From Eledone cirrhosa (Eukaryota), in contig OZ024747.1 in NCBI GenBank assembly GCA_964016885.1, positions 72,726,001 to 72,790,000 on the forward strand: DNA of 64,000 bases, in the 5' to 3' direction. The position numbers were made by a program, and so were the translations under genes. This document shows positions 12,703-23,204 of the stretch, piece after piece. Each line of letters begins with the position of its first letter. Within the stretch, counting starts at the first letter, position 1. The notes beneath the pieces are model-generated. The model did not search any database and was not told the DNA's origin. It saw only the letters and a program-made list of their open reading frames with translations.

Positions 12703-12873
12703 CCACAGTCCACGCTGTAATTTGACCGTGTAGGTAACACGGTAAAAACCTCCCAGGAAGGGTATCCAGCTGTAGAAAACCCGCCAGACAGTCCTGAGCA
12801 AGACAACCAATTTTGCCTCAAGTGGGACATTCCCGTCCAGACCCATGCTAGCGTGGAAAATGGACGTTAAACG
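12703..12873 (+). mobile_element. RTE family A 3'-UTR fragment
   Basis: Matches 42594-42790 with an internal deletion. Confidence 0.85.
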
Positions 12874-13180
12874 AATAATATATATAATAGAGAGAGAGAG
12901 AGAATTGAATTTATAACTTTCGCCATATTCTTACTACAGAAAATAGTCAAATAATAAACAATTTTCAAATTCCGCCACTGTCTTCTAATCCCTTGATACT
13001 TACACACACACTTATATAGATATTTATATATTCACACACACACGAATATATGTGCATGTATGCATCACCATCATTTAACAACAGTTTTTCCTGTTAATCA
13101 AGTCAAAAATGAAAACTATGCTGTCCCCAATAAATCACAATAATTCTGTTGAAGTAAATATTTCTCTACATGCTCTAAAA

Positions 13181-14173
13181 GAAGGGTCTCAAACACACAA
13201 CCCGCAGCAGAATAATTTTCGAAACTAAGATTTTTCTAAAACTTGGTAATGTATCCGTCGCCCCTTCCATGTTTTTGAAGTAGCAGCAGTATTGATCTAG
13301 CAACCTAATGCAAACAGAAAATCAATTTTATGATCAGCCTGGGTCTGACCACGATTCTCCCTAGGGAGGTGTCACATGTACTTTAATATTTCAAGTGCTT
13401 TTACTTCAACATCATAAGCTGAAAAGTAGAAATATATATCCAATTTTATATACAAATAACATTCTTAATCGAGGTCAAGTTTGCCTTTCATCCTTTCGAG
13501 TTTGATAAAAAAGATACCAGTCTAGTACTGGAGTTGATTCTTCCTCCCTATCTTCTCACTTCCATCCTTTCACTCTCTATCCTTCTCTGGAGGAAATCTG
13601 TTATCTTCAGACTTGGAGAGGAAATGGGCTCTGCCTGGTTTTTATAATGACATAGAAAACGCCACATGTCACTATGGCGACCCTTCGACTAAACCAGGAG
13701 TTAGGGGCCCAAGGATCCCATGCAAATATTCTTAATAAGAATGTTAGTGAAATCTACATCAGCTTGTTTCAAAGACCTATTGTAGTGGAGGGGACTGAGA
13801 TCATGGAAAACACACACAACAGAACATGAGGAAATGTTTTTATTTCATAATGTGAGAAGGGGATAGATTTGACAACTGATATTGGCATGGAGGATGTACT
13901 TGAGATGAAAAAAAAAAAAGGAATTTACCAAAAGTAGATGAAATTAAGGAAAACGCGTTCCCGTACATTTAGTACTAATTCACAAATCCCACTTACTATC
14001 ACAAGTGTATTCATTTTGATGGTAAAAAAAAAAATATCAGCCTATCAGCTGCATTGCAGATTAGCATTATAGCAGGTGAAAATCCTGCCACTTCCCTCAT
14101 CTTACTTTTGGCTGGCTAAGCCTCTTCTCCTGGATGTAATGGCCCTTTTGAGCCTTTGAGTTTGTGACCCCTG
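13181..14173. mobile_element. hAT-superfamily non-autonomous element
   Basis: Imperfect TIRs gaagggtctcaaac / gtttgtgacccctg, flanked by an exact 8-bp TSD ctctaaaa (13173-13180 and 14174-14181). A SINE fragment lies inside at ~13470-13540. Confidence 0.72.
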
Positions 14174-14524
14174 CTCTAAAACAATTTGTTTTAAAGGATG
14201 GAGGAAACGAGAGCAAGTTATAATTTCCAGTGAGTACATGTACTCATGTTCTAAGCACAAAAGAGCTGTTATTTTGATCTTGTGTCTAAGTGATCCACTT
14301 AACCACGTTCAATCACACGCCATGAAACCCAGGCCACTTGATTTCCACCATAGCCGCAAATCAACCCAAACCTTGTGATTGAATATGGGTATATGGAAAT
14401 TTATGTGGCAACCCACTGGATTGGCTTTACTTGAGTGCATAGTAGATCTAATCTACCACATTTGTGATGAAACACACTGGCTATGATTTTCAATTAATTT
14501 TGAAAATAATCAAGAATTTAGAGG

Positions 14525-14830
14525 TTCCTTCTTTGCTTGGATGGCATCTTTGACCTCTTGATTGAACCAAGGGGTCCTCCTGCCATATGGTGACACACCA
14601 AGCTTCTTTCGTCTACAGCATTTAACAGCTGAAGCAGAAACTGCTGAGCAATCTCTAATTTGGTGCAATAGTACCAACACTTTCCAAGTTATCCTGTAGG
14701 TCGCCCTGGACCTGCCAGTTTTGAAAGCTTATTTGGCTTAGGTAGTCTCAGATTGCAGATAACTAGATGGTGGTCAATTGGCAGCTTAGCCCCTCCCTAA
14801 CACAAGCATCCAGCACAGAATCGAAGAGAT
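14525..14830 (-). mobile_element. Old RTE/Expander-type ORF2 linker fragment
   Basis: Minus translation includes RTPWFNQEVKDAIQAKK. Confidence 0.55.
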
Positions 14831-15205
14831 CAGAGACAATAACAAAATCCATTTTTGTTTTATTAAGTAAAAAAAAAAAAATCTATTGGGAGCCCGAAAG
14901 TGGCTTAAATCCAGATATCGAGCGAAAGTTTCTTTTTTTTTTTTTTGTAAATTTTGCAGCCGAGTCTTAGGTATTCATGGGAGAGTGTTCTTCCCCTAAA
15001 CATCCACAGGTCTGAGGATCTGAAGATTTTAATAATATCAATAGTCACTTGTTTACATAATTCACTTCTGTTTTATTATTAATAACCACTGGGTAACCAA
15101 TAATATGATTAAAACTTGATAGACGAAAACTCCGTAGGAGCTGGTGTGCATGTGCTTGTATGTGTGCGTATGTGCTTTATTTATGTCTCGAAAATTAGCA
15201 GTTTG

Positions 15206-15242
<37 letters not shown>

Positions 15243-15280
15243 AAGAAAGAAAAAGACGAAACTGATAAAATACCTTCCAG

Positions 15281-15430
15281 TTATTCTCCAGCATGTTCGT
15301 AATCTTATGACTGAAAAGGGTTTGTCAAGTTGTAAAGGTATCAATGTCACACTTCGACAACAAGCAGCAGAACATTTAGAGGCTTTGTTTCGTATTAAAC
15401 GAGTTTTTTTTCTTTCTTCCATTGAGTAAC
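15281..15430 (+). other. Candidate terminal coding exon (unidentified)
   Basis: Branch-like 'actgat' and 'ccttccag' acceptor, then open frame ILQHVRNLMTEKGLSSCKGINVTLRQQAAEHLEALFRIKRVFFLSSIE*, then aataaa. No homology recognised. Confidence 0.25.
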
Positions 15431-15554
15431 GGAACATAAATTATTAATAAATAAATAAATAAAGGTCACCTTACAACATGAATGAATTCAGAGCAGGTAT
15501 TTGTGTTGATGGAAAACACAGCAGTTTTCCATATTAGAGTGCGTGTGTGTGTGG

Positions 15555-15604
<50 letters not shown>

Positions 15605-15644
15605 GATATTAATAAACGGAAACTATATTTATAAAACCACATTT

Positions 15645-15707
15645 ATTTCATTATACATATTTCAGGGATACCACATTAAATTATGGTATGCCTTCATCAG
15701 ACAAAAT
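15645..15707 (-). ncRNA. Type I hammerhead ribozyme motif
   Basis: Reverse complement of the motif at 15854-15916. Confidence 0.8.
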
Positions 15708-15853
15708 ACAATATATAACAGTTTTACAAATAGGTTTGACGTACCCTTTAAAATACAACCATTACTTTTGGAGGCTATCCAGACAGCCTCCAAAAGTAAT
15801 GGTTGTATTTTAAAGGGTTCGTCAAACCTATTTGTAAAACTGTTATATATTGT

Positions 15854-15916
15854 ATTTTGTCTGATGAAGGCCTACCATAATTTAATGTGGTATCCCTGAA
15901 ATATGTATAATGAAAT
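15854..15916 (+). ncRNA. Type I hammerhead ribozyme motif
   Basis: attttgt-CTGATGA-agg.c.taccata...tgtggta.tc.cct-GAAA-tatgta-ta-atgaaat. Predicted cleavage after ~15909 (AUA). Confidence 0.82.
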
Positions 15917-16150
15917 AAAGTTTCCATTTATTAATATCGTATATCTACACCAAAAATTTGTCGAGTGCTTTATATCAGTTATAAAAATATTTACTTGTTG
16001 TATCCCAACAATTTTAAATAGAACTTTTGCATATATATATATATAAGTATTGAAATTTCAGTTGAAAACAGAAAAGGTCATAGAAATGAAGAGTGCTCTA
16101 TGTAAATATCAGAGCAAAATTTAATGTATAAAATCAATACAATATAATTA

Positions 16151-16220
16151 CCTCATTACCAGAGGTTTCCCGAATGAGGCGAATACGAAATAAACGACTT
16201 CATTCGTTCGTCAGACGAGG
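16151..16220 (-). ncRNA. Type I hammerhead ribozyme motif
   Basis: cctcgt-CTGACGA-a.cgaatga...tcattcg.g-GAAA-cctctgg-ta-atgagg (GUA). It lies ~105 bp from a (TA)n run at the end of a non-coding 1.3-kb block (16046-17340). Confidence 0.82.
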
Positions 16221-17339
16221 CAATATAAAACATGGGCAAATACTTAGAAAAACACATCAAGAAAATCAAAAAAATATATAGATAAATGAAATAAAAATTG
16301 AAATATATAAAAATCTATCAAGAAAAATAGTTAGGTGTGTATATGTGTATGTATATACGCTCATAGATGTGCATATATGTATATGTGCACGTGTAAATGT
16401 ATGGTTAGAAAGTGTGCGTAATTATAAAAATTTAGGGCAAATGTATCTATATGTCTGTATTATACAGACAGAAATGGTTACTTCGTAAAAATAAGAAAAA
16501 GTCGCGCGCATAAAAACGCCTGGACACTCGTACACTTAGATGCGGAAAGAAAGGAGATAAAGAGAGTATAATAAATAAAAGAAAAGTATCTATTACGATA
16601 TATTTATAAAAATATAGTAACGATAAATTAGAAAGACAAGATAGAAAGAAAAAATTAAAGAAAACAAAAAAAGCGGGGGTACATACATACACAGACACGC
16701 GTGTCTCACAAAAGAAATGTAAAAATAATTATGCTTATATACACACGCGCACTTACACTTCCATACGTTCGATACGTACATACACACACACACACACACA
16801 CATACTTATACTCGCGCATATAAACCTGTTTGCATGCCCATGTATGAAACTGGGTAAGTAACAAAAGAGGGAAGGGGGGAGGGGGAGAAGAAAAAAGAAA
16901 CAAAAAAATATAAAGCCGAAATGTCAAAAACACGGATATAAAGACATTTACACATACGCATAATACACACACACAAACACCAGTACACACACGCATACAT
17001 ACACGTACATATATATATATATATACATGCACGCACGCGCGCGCACATACGTAGTCACTCATGTACATATATAAAAAAAGTATACACACATTAAGGCGTT
17101 CAGCCATATTGAAATGTGGATAAATAAATAAATACAAATATAAAATTGTAGGACAGGCTGCGCAAAAATAAAATAAAAATAAAAATGAAAGATATATCTG
17201 GATTGAAAAACACAAAAGACAAGTATAATCAGTTAGTAGAGGAAAAAGGGAAGTAAAAGAAGGGGAAGTAAAAAATAGAAAATAGGAAGTGGATCGGAGA
17301 ATAAAGGGGGGGGGGGGGTGAAGTAAAAATAAAAATAAA

Positions 17340-17380
<41 letters not shown>

Positions 17381-17386
<6 letters not shown>

Positions 17387-17430
17387 GAGATTCAAGACCC
17401 CGATGGCTGAGCTCCGGCCGTTTCGACAGC
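17381..17430 (-). mobile_element. 50-bp PLE 3'-end fragment (half hammerhead) between two (TA)n runs
   Basis: Minus strand gtcGAAAcggccggagctcagcca-tc-ggggtc is homologous to 37377-37408. Confidence 0.65.
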
Positions 17431-17473
17431 TATATATATATATATATGTATAAATATTAATTAATTAAGGATA

Positions 17474-17659
17474 TGGGCGGTGGATTGGCAGTATCAGTAG
17501 AGGGTCGGACGCCATGCTTTCCAGCATAGTTACGTCTCTTTACGATCTGAGTTCAAATCCCGCCGAGGTTGACTTTGCTTTTCATCCTTACGGGGTCGAT
17601 AAAATAAAGTACCAGTAATGTACTGAGTATTTGCTGGCTTTGTGCCTAAAGTAGAAACA
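17474..17659 (+). mobile_element. tRNA-derived SINE (family 1), full length, with 18-bp TSD
   Basis: A-box-like tggcagtatcagt, B-box gagttcaaatccc, central 'ttcatccttacggggtcgataaaataaagtaccag' (resembles the Deu/Nin domain). TSD attaattaattaaggata at 17456-17473 and 17660-17677. Confidence 0.88.
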
Positions 17660-17688
17660 ATTAATTAATTAAGGATAAATAGTGGGAT

Positions 17689-17734
17689 TTGTTACTCTGG
17701 AGTTTCGCCTGTTTAATACAGGGTCATCAGACAA
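17689..17734 (-). ncRNA. Type I hammerhead ribozyme motif
   Basis: ttgt-CTGATGA-c.cctgt.attaa.acagg.c-GAAA-ctc.ca.gag-ta-acaa (GUA). All three stems pair. Confidence 0.85.
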
Positions 17735-18348
17735 GAACTAACGTTTCAATAGCAGGTAGTATAAATAAGGAAAGACTGGAGGTGGGGGCGATTTAATTGA
17801 GAAAACGTAATTAAGATAGAGTGGCTAGGCTGGGGGGGGGGGGGGGGGGGGGAGGTTGTGTGAAAAAAGTGATAATGGGTGGTAGTAGTCATAGCCATAG
17901 AATTTTAACTGGTCAGTGGAAGGCAGGTGCTGAATGTGAAGTGGGTGTACAGGGGAGGGGGCAGTGACATGGTAAGATTGGTAGGATAAAGTGGTGGATG
18001 GAATATACATATGTATACAATTACACATATACATAAATACACACACACACACATGCATATATATATCCCCACTCTCACCAACCGTGAAACTAATAATATT
18101 TGTAACATTTACTCCTGCGGTTGTCTGTTTTTTGTTTTATTCCAAACTATATATACATGTAGATAAATCTACCAAAATAAACGGTAGTGTCCGTATGAAG
18201 AACTCAATGTAATCCAAATATAGAAGATATCATGAAAAGAGAAAATGCATTCAAAAATTAACGATAAAAATCATAAGAAAACAGAGTCAAGATAAATTAA
18301 TAAAAACAATGAAATAAAAACAAAGAACAGATTCCTTATATTGAAAAA

Positions 18349-18475
18349 TTCATCATTTTACGATCGTTTCTGGGATATATATGTGTGTTGGTATGTATAT
18401 CATGTTAAAGATCTATGTAAAAAAATATTACAAATTATCAGAGGAGATATACATACGATCTTCGGAAATGATGAA
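18349..18475 (-). ncRNA. Hammerhead motif, mutated copy (core CCGAAGA, deletion in stem II)
   Basis: Inverted homolog of 21056-21198. Confidence 0.65.
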
Positions 18476-18591
18476 GTATATTTATTGAAAGAAATAAAGT
18501 ATTAATATAAATATAAATTGGTGAAGAAGAAGGTGGTTTGTTTGGGTTTATTTTAGTATTATTATGGTTGGTTTGATGTGTTGGTGGTATA

Positions 18592-19770
18592 TTAATGAGT
18601 TTTTTTTTTACACTTATATGTGTTGTAAGCACTTATATTCTGTTGTATATTCTTGGTAGTGGAGTAGAAAAATTTCACAGTAGATCTATTTAAAATCTGA
18701 TGGTATTTATGGTTTGGTGGGAAGTTTTTCTCTAGGTTAACAAAGAATTTTTTAGAGATATGGTCTTTAATCTGTAGATTAAATGGAGCATTATACCAAG
18801 TAACTCGTCTATTACGGTTTCGACATTGTTTCTTATATTTATATGATGTATCGGGGGGTTTACTGAGAGAGTTACTATTAGTGATTCTATTATATATAGG
18901 TTTAGTTAGATTAAATGATTTAGGTGTTTTAGTCTGATTACTAGGAATTTTGTTAGTTATGTTGTTGACATACGTTAGAGTATTAGGGTGAATGGTTTTT
19001 TGAAAGTCATCTTTTATGTGAGAAGAGGTAGAGAAATTACGTTTTGGGTTGGTGTTTTTAGGTGTAGTATGAGTGGCATTTAGATGTGGGTTTGTCATTT
19101 GGTGTTTGTTGGTAATATTAGGTTGTACGTTTGAAATATTATTGGTGCAAGGTATATAGACTAATTTGTTCTTGTGGCAGCTTCTAGCTAAAGCTTCGTT
19201 ATAAAAGGGCGCATATTTATCGAATACATCATGATTTGATGAAAGGTTAGAAATTCTGAGTGAGATATTATATGCTAGGTTTTTAAGGATAGATCTAGGG
19301 TGATTAGATTGTGAGTGTATGTAATGCAAGTTTTGGTTAGGTTTATGGTAAGGTTGGTAGATACCCGTAGATAGGTTCATAGTTATATCTAGGAAATGAC
19401 TATTTTACTGGTGTTTTCAAATGTAATAGTGAGATTATAATAGTCTTTGAGGAAAGTTCTAAGTTTTTTATTTCTTTCAATTTCTGATAGGCTAAGATTA
19501 GTGGATAGAAGAAGACATTCATCACGATATAAACCATCACGATATAAACCACCTTTAAGGTGGGGAAAAGATGAATTAATGTTAAATAGAAGAAAAAGGC
19601 CCACAAGATCGGTAATTTGGGTAGAATCACTAGAGTCCATAGTAATGTCGAAGATATTACTATATGTATTTCTGGTCCAATACTCCTTCTGAAATTCAAG
19701 TAGTGTTTGTCTAGCGTGCGTGATAATATTGATGTCATCCATAGTTAAGTCTGATCTATTTCTGGCAAAT
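18592..19770 (-). pseudogene. PLE reverse transcriptase C-terminal half, thumb and linker
   Basis: FDITMDSSDSTQITDLVGLFLL, GGLYRD(GLYRD)ECLL, YQPYHKPN..YIHSQSNHP, VTWYNAPFN, STVKFFYSTTKN. Homologous to 35003-35720 and frameshifted. Confidence 0.85.
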
Positions 19771-19889
19771 ATTAAGGCTAACCATACTAATCTAATTACA
19801 ACCCATTCTAAACCATACATTAATGAAAATAATAACATCAATACCACTATAGATAAACAATTAGCTCTCCTGATACAATATTTACGAAT

Positions 19890-20305
19890 GGTTGTAACTG
19901 TAGAATCAAAAGAAATTGCCCATTAAAGGGAAATTGTTTTAATAATATAGTCTATAAATGTGTAATTAGTACTAAGGACTCCACTCAATCCTATATAGGA
20001 GCTACGTCTAACCAATTTAAAGTAAGATTTAATACCCACAAACATATGCCGCATTAGGTAATACAACCTCCTTGGCTGAAGCAATTAATAATTATAGAAA
20101 GAGGAATATTGATTACAACCTGACCTGGAGCGTGCTCAAAAGGGCCACTCCTTATCAAAATAGCAGATATGAGTGTAGGTTATGCTCCCAAGAACTATTT
20201 GAAATCATGAAATCTAATGATATCCTATTAAATAAGCGATAGGAGTTAATTATATCATGCAATCATAGAATTAGAAAAACCTTCAAATATTATAAACTTA
20301 ATTAG
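19890..20305 (+). pseudogene. PLE GIY-YIG endonuclease (not in ORF track)
   Basis: Manual translation GCNCRIKRNCPLKGNCFNNIVYKCVISTKDSTQSYIGATSNQFKVRFNTHKH / NTTSLAEAINNYRKRNIDYNLTWSVLKRATPYQNSRYECRLCSQELFEIMKSNDILLNKR*ELIISCNH. One frameshift (~20050) and one TAG. Collinear with 35767-36150. Confidence 0.88.
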
Positions 20306-21055
20306 TATATACAAATCATTATGATTAATATATTTTACAAATCATTATGATTAATTAAAAAAATTTTTTTTTATTTAGTTAACCTATAATTTGAATTTTA
20401 CTACAGAGAATTTCATGCTTTTATTTTCCTCTTACAGCTCACTTTACCTAAAGTTGTCTTTAACCTCACTACTTCTTTTAACCGCATCCTCTATTTATCA
20501 CATTTAATACCTAGGATTATTAAATATAATTAATATCTTTAATATTATGGATGTTTAGATAGATACACTGCTTTTTATAACATTTTATCTATTTCAGTTT
20601 TTCGATATATATTTTTTTATTTTTTTACTTCTTTATTTATCACATTCGTAAGAATTAATATAATTTTAACTCTGCAAGTATACCTATCAATTAATTTAAT
20701 TTCCTTTTATGTATCTAGGTTCCTTGAAATTTTAATAGGATTAGTATTTCTCACTAACACTCTCATCCTACAAATTTCTTTCCCTTCGCTTTTAACAGCA
20801 TTTTTTAATAACATCAAATTTTTCAGGACTCCTTCACTATCTCCTTGATTTGACCTCATTTTAACCCCTATCTTTCTCTTCCCCATTGTATTCTTTTCAT
20901 TCAAAGCATAAATTTACATTCCTCCACTCCAAGCATCAAGTTCTACTACTGTATTTTTATCAACTTGACCTCTAACTCTTTTCTATTGGTCAATTCAAAA
21001 CCTGTTCTCAAACAGACCTTTTATATTAATACTTTGTTTCTTTCAATAAACATAC

Positions 21056-21198
21056 TTCATCATTTCTGAAGATGGCATATATAGGTGAATGTATGTATAT
21101 CTCCTCTGATAATTTGTAATATTTTTTTACATAGATCTTTAACATGATATACATACCAACACACATATATATCCCAGAAACGATCGTAAAATGATGAA
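21056..21198 (+). ncRNA. Type I hammerhead ribozyme motif with extended stem II
   Basis: ttcatcattt-CTGAAGA-tgg...gtatgtatatc...gatatacatac...cca-GAAA-cgatcg-ta-aaatgatgaa: perfect 10-bp stem I, palindromic stem III, GUA. Confidence 0.88.
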
Positions 21199-21273
21199 TT
21201 TTTCAATATAAGGAACCCGTTCTTTGTTTTTATTTCATTGTTTTTATTCATTTATATATATATATATATATAT

Positions 21274-21612
21274 AATATTATTCAAAATATTAATAAATGA
21301 AAAATATTCTCATAATCAAAATATATATTTTATACATATTTCAAAGGTACACTGGTGTTTAAGTACGTTTTCATCAGACAAAATAGATTTGATATGCGAC
21401 ATACCACTACGGTTTTGATTATTCAATTGTAGTATTGGTCTTGTACCTTTGAAATATGTATAATAACATATATATTTTGATTATGAGAATATTTTTCATT
21501 TATTAATATTTGGAATAATATTAAATACTCCAGGAAAAGCTGCTGTTGAGTGCTTCTAATCTATTGTAAAATTGTATTCGTTGAATAATCAACGAACCAT
21601 ATTAATCTTTGG

Positions 21613-21615
<3 letters not shown>
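21274..21615. mobile_element. Non-coding fold-back element with hammerhead
   Basis: Arms 21274-21351 and 21442-21522, tail to 21615, (TA)n on both sides. Confidence 0.72.
21326..21384 (-). ncRNA. Type I hammerhead motif (stem I imperfect)
   Basis: attttgt-CTGATGA-aaacgtac...gtaccttt-GAAA-tatgta-ta-aaat. Resembles the 15854 motif. Confidence 0.65.
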
Positions 21616-21667
<52 letters not shown>

Positions 21668-23204
21668 CGTACAAACAGCCGCATACACATTTTCGTACAT
21701 ATATACACATAAAATACGTGCAAACATGTAAATAAATGTATACCAACATACAAATATGAATATACAAGTTCTGATTCGTGTATGTGAGGGGAGGGTGGGT
21801 GTATGGGTACTGGGGTGGTGGGGGAGAGGATGTTGGTGAAGTGGCAATGAGTAAAGAATATAAGTTATGTAGTTTAAAAATTAAACTGAGTACGGTGAAG
21901 ATTATGAGGATATAAAATTATAGGAAGCTATATGGGTGAGTGGTGGCAGGGTGAGTGGTGGTGGCGTGGTTGTTAGGGACATATAAGGTAAGGTATAAGG
22001 GATAAAGGAAGTAAGGAAAAATGGAGAAGAGGGAAATAAAAAAATGAAAAGTTGAAAAGTTGGAAAGATGACAAAAAAATGACAAAATGACAAAATAATA
22101 TAAATAATTTAAAGTCCACTTTCTCAGCTAGCATATGTTGGGCAGGTTTTCACAGACTGAGTCTGCAGTGAAGCTGGGTCACTGACCTCCCAGAGAAGCT
22201 GGGAGTTTGTATTTCATAATAAAAAGTGCATATTATCATAACATCATGGTACCAGCATTAGAGAGGTTGTCGTGTCTTTCAATTTATCGATTAATAAAGA
22301 ATTTGAATGGGAAGATTTACAACGGAAAAGCAGTTACCATTTATTTCTCTTCACATTTGTAAAGATTTTTGTTCTTAAGGTTGGCATCTAAAGAGTTTCC
22401 AGGTGCTCACAACACGTTATCAGTTGAACAACATAATAGGCGACCAGAAAACAACATTTGCATTCTGTTGAGGGTTAGTAGGTGATGGCTTCCCAGGAGG
22501 ACTTTCAGGTAGAGGACAATTTCCAAAAGTACTTGGCATGGCAGTGCTAGAGAAAGGCACTACCAGTCGAGACAAGTTCTACAGCTATTGCCTAGTGCCC
22601 ATGCATTGGGGAGTTGTGGGTTTGACTTGAACAACTGCTATCATGTGTAGGATAGATCTGGCTATCAATTAATTCTATAGTTAAAACTGAACCACCACTT
22701 TTAAGAAGGTAGGTTTGGAAAGTCTTCCCCTGCCTGGTAGCTGTACAGGCAAAGGAAGCTGACTTGCCTAAAAGGATTAAGGACAGTAATCTTCTCTCTG
22801 GCCAACTAGTCATTAACTTCTTCAAGTTCACTTGAGGAGGAGGGTGACGTTTGAAAGAGAGGTGCTGCCTTCTAGTGCATTTTATGAAAGATGTGTGAGG
22901 GCAGAGATATGGACGAGGCTGAAGCGACCTAACCAGACTATGTTTTCTAAATAGGAGGAAAGAAACCGGGAAAGGGCATTTTTAATGCTAGCGAAGTAAC
23001 AGTAATTCAAGGTTTCATGTAGTTTCTTCCTTTACTTGATGTAAACCCTATTCTGGGCCACTATAAGAAAACATTACATAACCCATATCACTACTACTAC
23101 TACCACCACTGTTTCTACTACTACTACCACCACCACTGCTTCTACCACAATCACCACTACTACTATCACTACTGCTACAACTAGTACTACTACCACTACT
23201 ACTG

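Larger units (their letters stand above)
15601..16030. mobile_element. Palindromic fold-back element carrying a hammerhead on each arm
   Basis: Arms 15601-15776 and 15785-15942 are near-perfect reverse complements with an ~8-nt loop. The right arm has a tail to 16030. (TA)n lies on both sides, and a homologous solo copy lies at 40647-40920. Confidence 0.85.
18068..21250. mobile_element. Penelope-like retroelement (Naiad-type), rearranged, with inverted termini
   Basis: Inverted repeats ~18298-18510 and ~21020-21248 each contain an HHR. RT lies on the minus strand and GIY-YIG on the plus strand. Confidence 0.85.

Noticed and set aside
17474-17560. tRNA gene
   Set aside because: The A/B boxes belong to a multi-copy SINE head; there is no cloverleaf.
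18510-19770. Endonuclease-less PLE
   Set aside because: The GIY-YIG domain is present, inverted, at 19890-20305.
22100-23080. Possible ancient LINE fragment on the minus strand
   Set aside because: Too degenerate to assign by eye.
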